From Brevibacillus phage Sundance: a stretch of DNA of 24,000 nucleotides. The DNA is taken from sequence record NC_028749.1; one strand, written 5' to 3'. The notes under the pieces were generated by a model. That model did no database searches. It saw nothing but the letters and a program-made list of their open reading frames with translations, and was not told the origin of the DNA. The translations under genes were made by a program, and so were the position numbers. This document shows, in pieces, positions 23,759-24,000 of the stretch (position 1 is its first letter; each line of letters opens with the position of its first letter).

Positions 23759-23967
23759 ACATAGGAGAAAAAATCAAAATGAATAAATATGCATTTTTGA
23801 TGCATAAAAATACATTTACATAAAATACCATTCTAATTGATAATGATTTTCGATTTCATTTTCATAATGGTTTTCATTTCCATTGAGAGTGATTATCATT
23901 CTATTTTCACATAACTAGAATTCTGTGAACGGTTTTTAAGGTGGTACGGGGGGTGGTTTACAGGAAA

Positions 23968-23990
23968 ATATTGATAATGATTATCAATAT
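23968..23990. promoter_or_regulatory. Fur-box-like perfect palindrome ATATTGATAATGATTATCAATAT
   Basis: Contains TGATAATGATTATCA (7-1-7 Bacillus Fur box core) exactly. Confidence 0.7.
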
Positions 23991-24000
23991 CGGCACGAAC

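Noticed and set aside
23590-23805. Minus ORF of 71 aa (MHQKCIFIHFDF...)
   Set aside because: Runs directly through a 39-bp element, a hairpin and low-complexity AT sequence; no RBS.
1-24000. tRNA, rRNA, transposase or group I intron
   Set aside because: No cloverleaf-like sequence, rRNA core motif, IS-like transposase or homing endonuclease motif was recognised by eye; a tRNAscan/Infernal run would be needed to exclude them.

Overview
This window looks like the early/accessory arm of a large SPbeta-like Bacillus temperate phage or prophage. It is AT-rich, with about 50 small, tightly packed genes, almost all on the minus strand. Recognisable parts are a replication block (RecA/Sak4-like P-loop ATPase and an OB-fold/SSB-like protein with an acidic DDLPF-type tail), a divergent immunity region (XRE regulator plus membrane protein on +, tyrosine-recombinase-like MrpR/YopR-type repressor on -), a DUF262/ParB-like protein, a DUF4258 + YgiT-type zinc-finger pair, and a sigma-70-like protein. 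The main finding is an exactly spaced 39-bp element with 16 clear copies plus one degenerate copy, all in one orientation. Its + strand consensus is TCATATATTAATGTAA-N16-CACACGC, with the N16 ending in AAAAA/AAAAT. Nearly every copy sits immediately 5' of a minus-strand gene, so it probably defines a repressor/promoter regulon comparable to the SPbeta repeated elements. Other signals are a structured, apparently non-coding tract at 19413-19590 (three large hairpins, one holding a TTAGGG-like G4 motif), inverted TTTACAT/ATGTAAA sites in the regulator promoters, a separate intergenic motif (GTACTTTATTTGGCTTT) with hairpins between replication genes, several short ORFs missing from the ORF track, and a cluster of Fur-box-like palindromes at the right edge. 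All coordinates and motif counts come from reading the sequence by eye. Family assignments come from recalled motifs, not searches.
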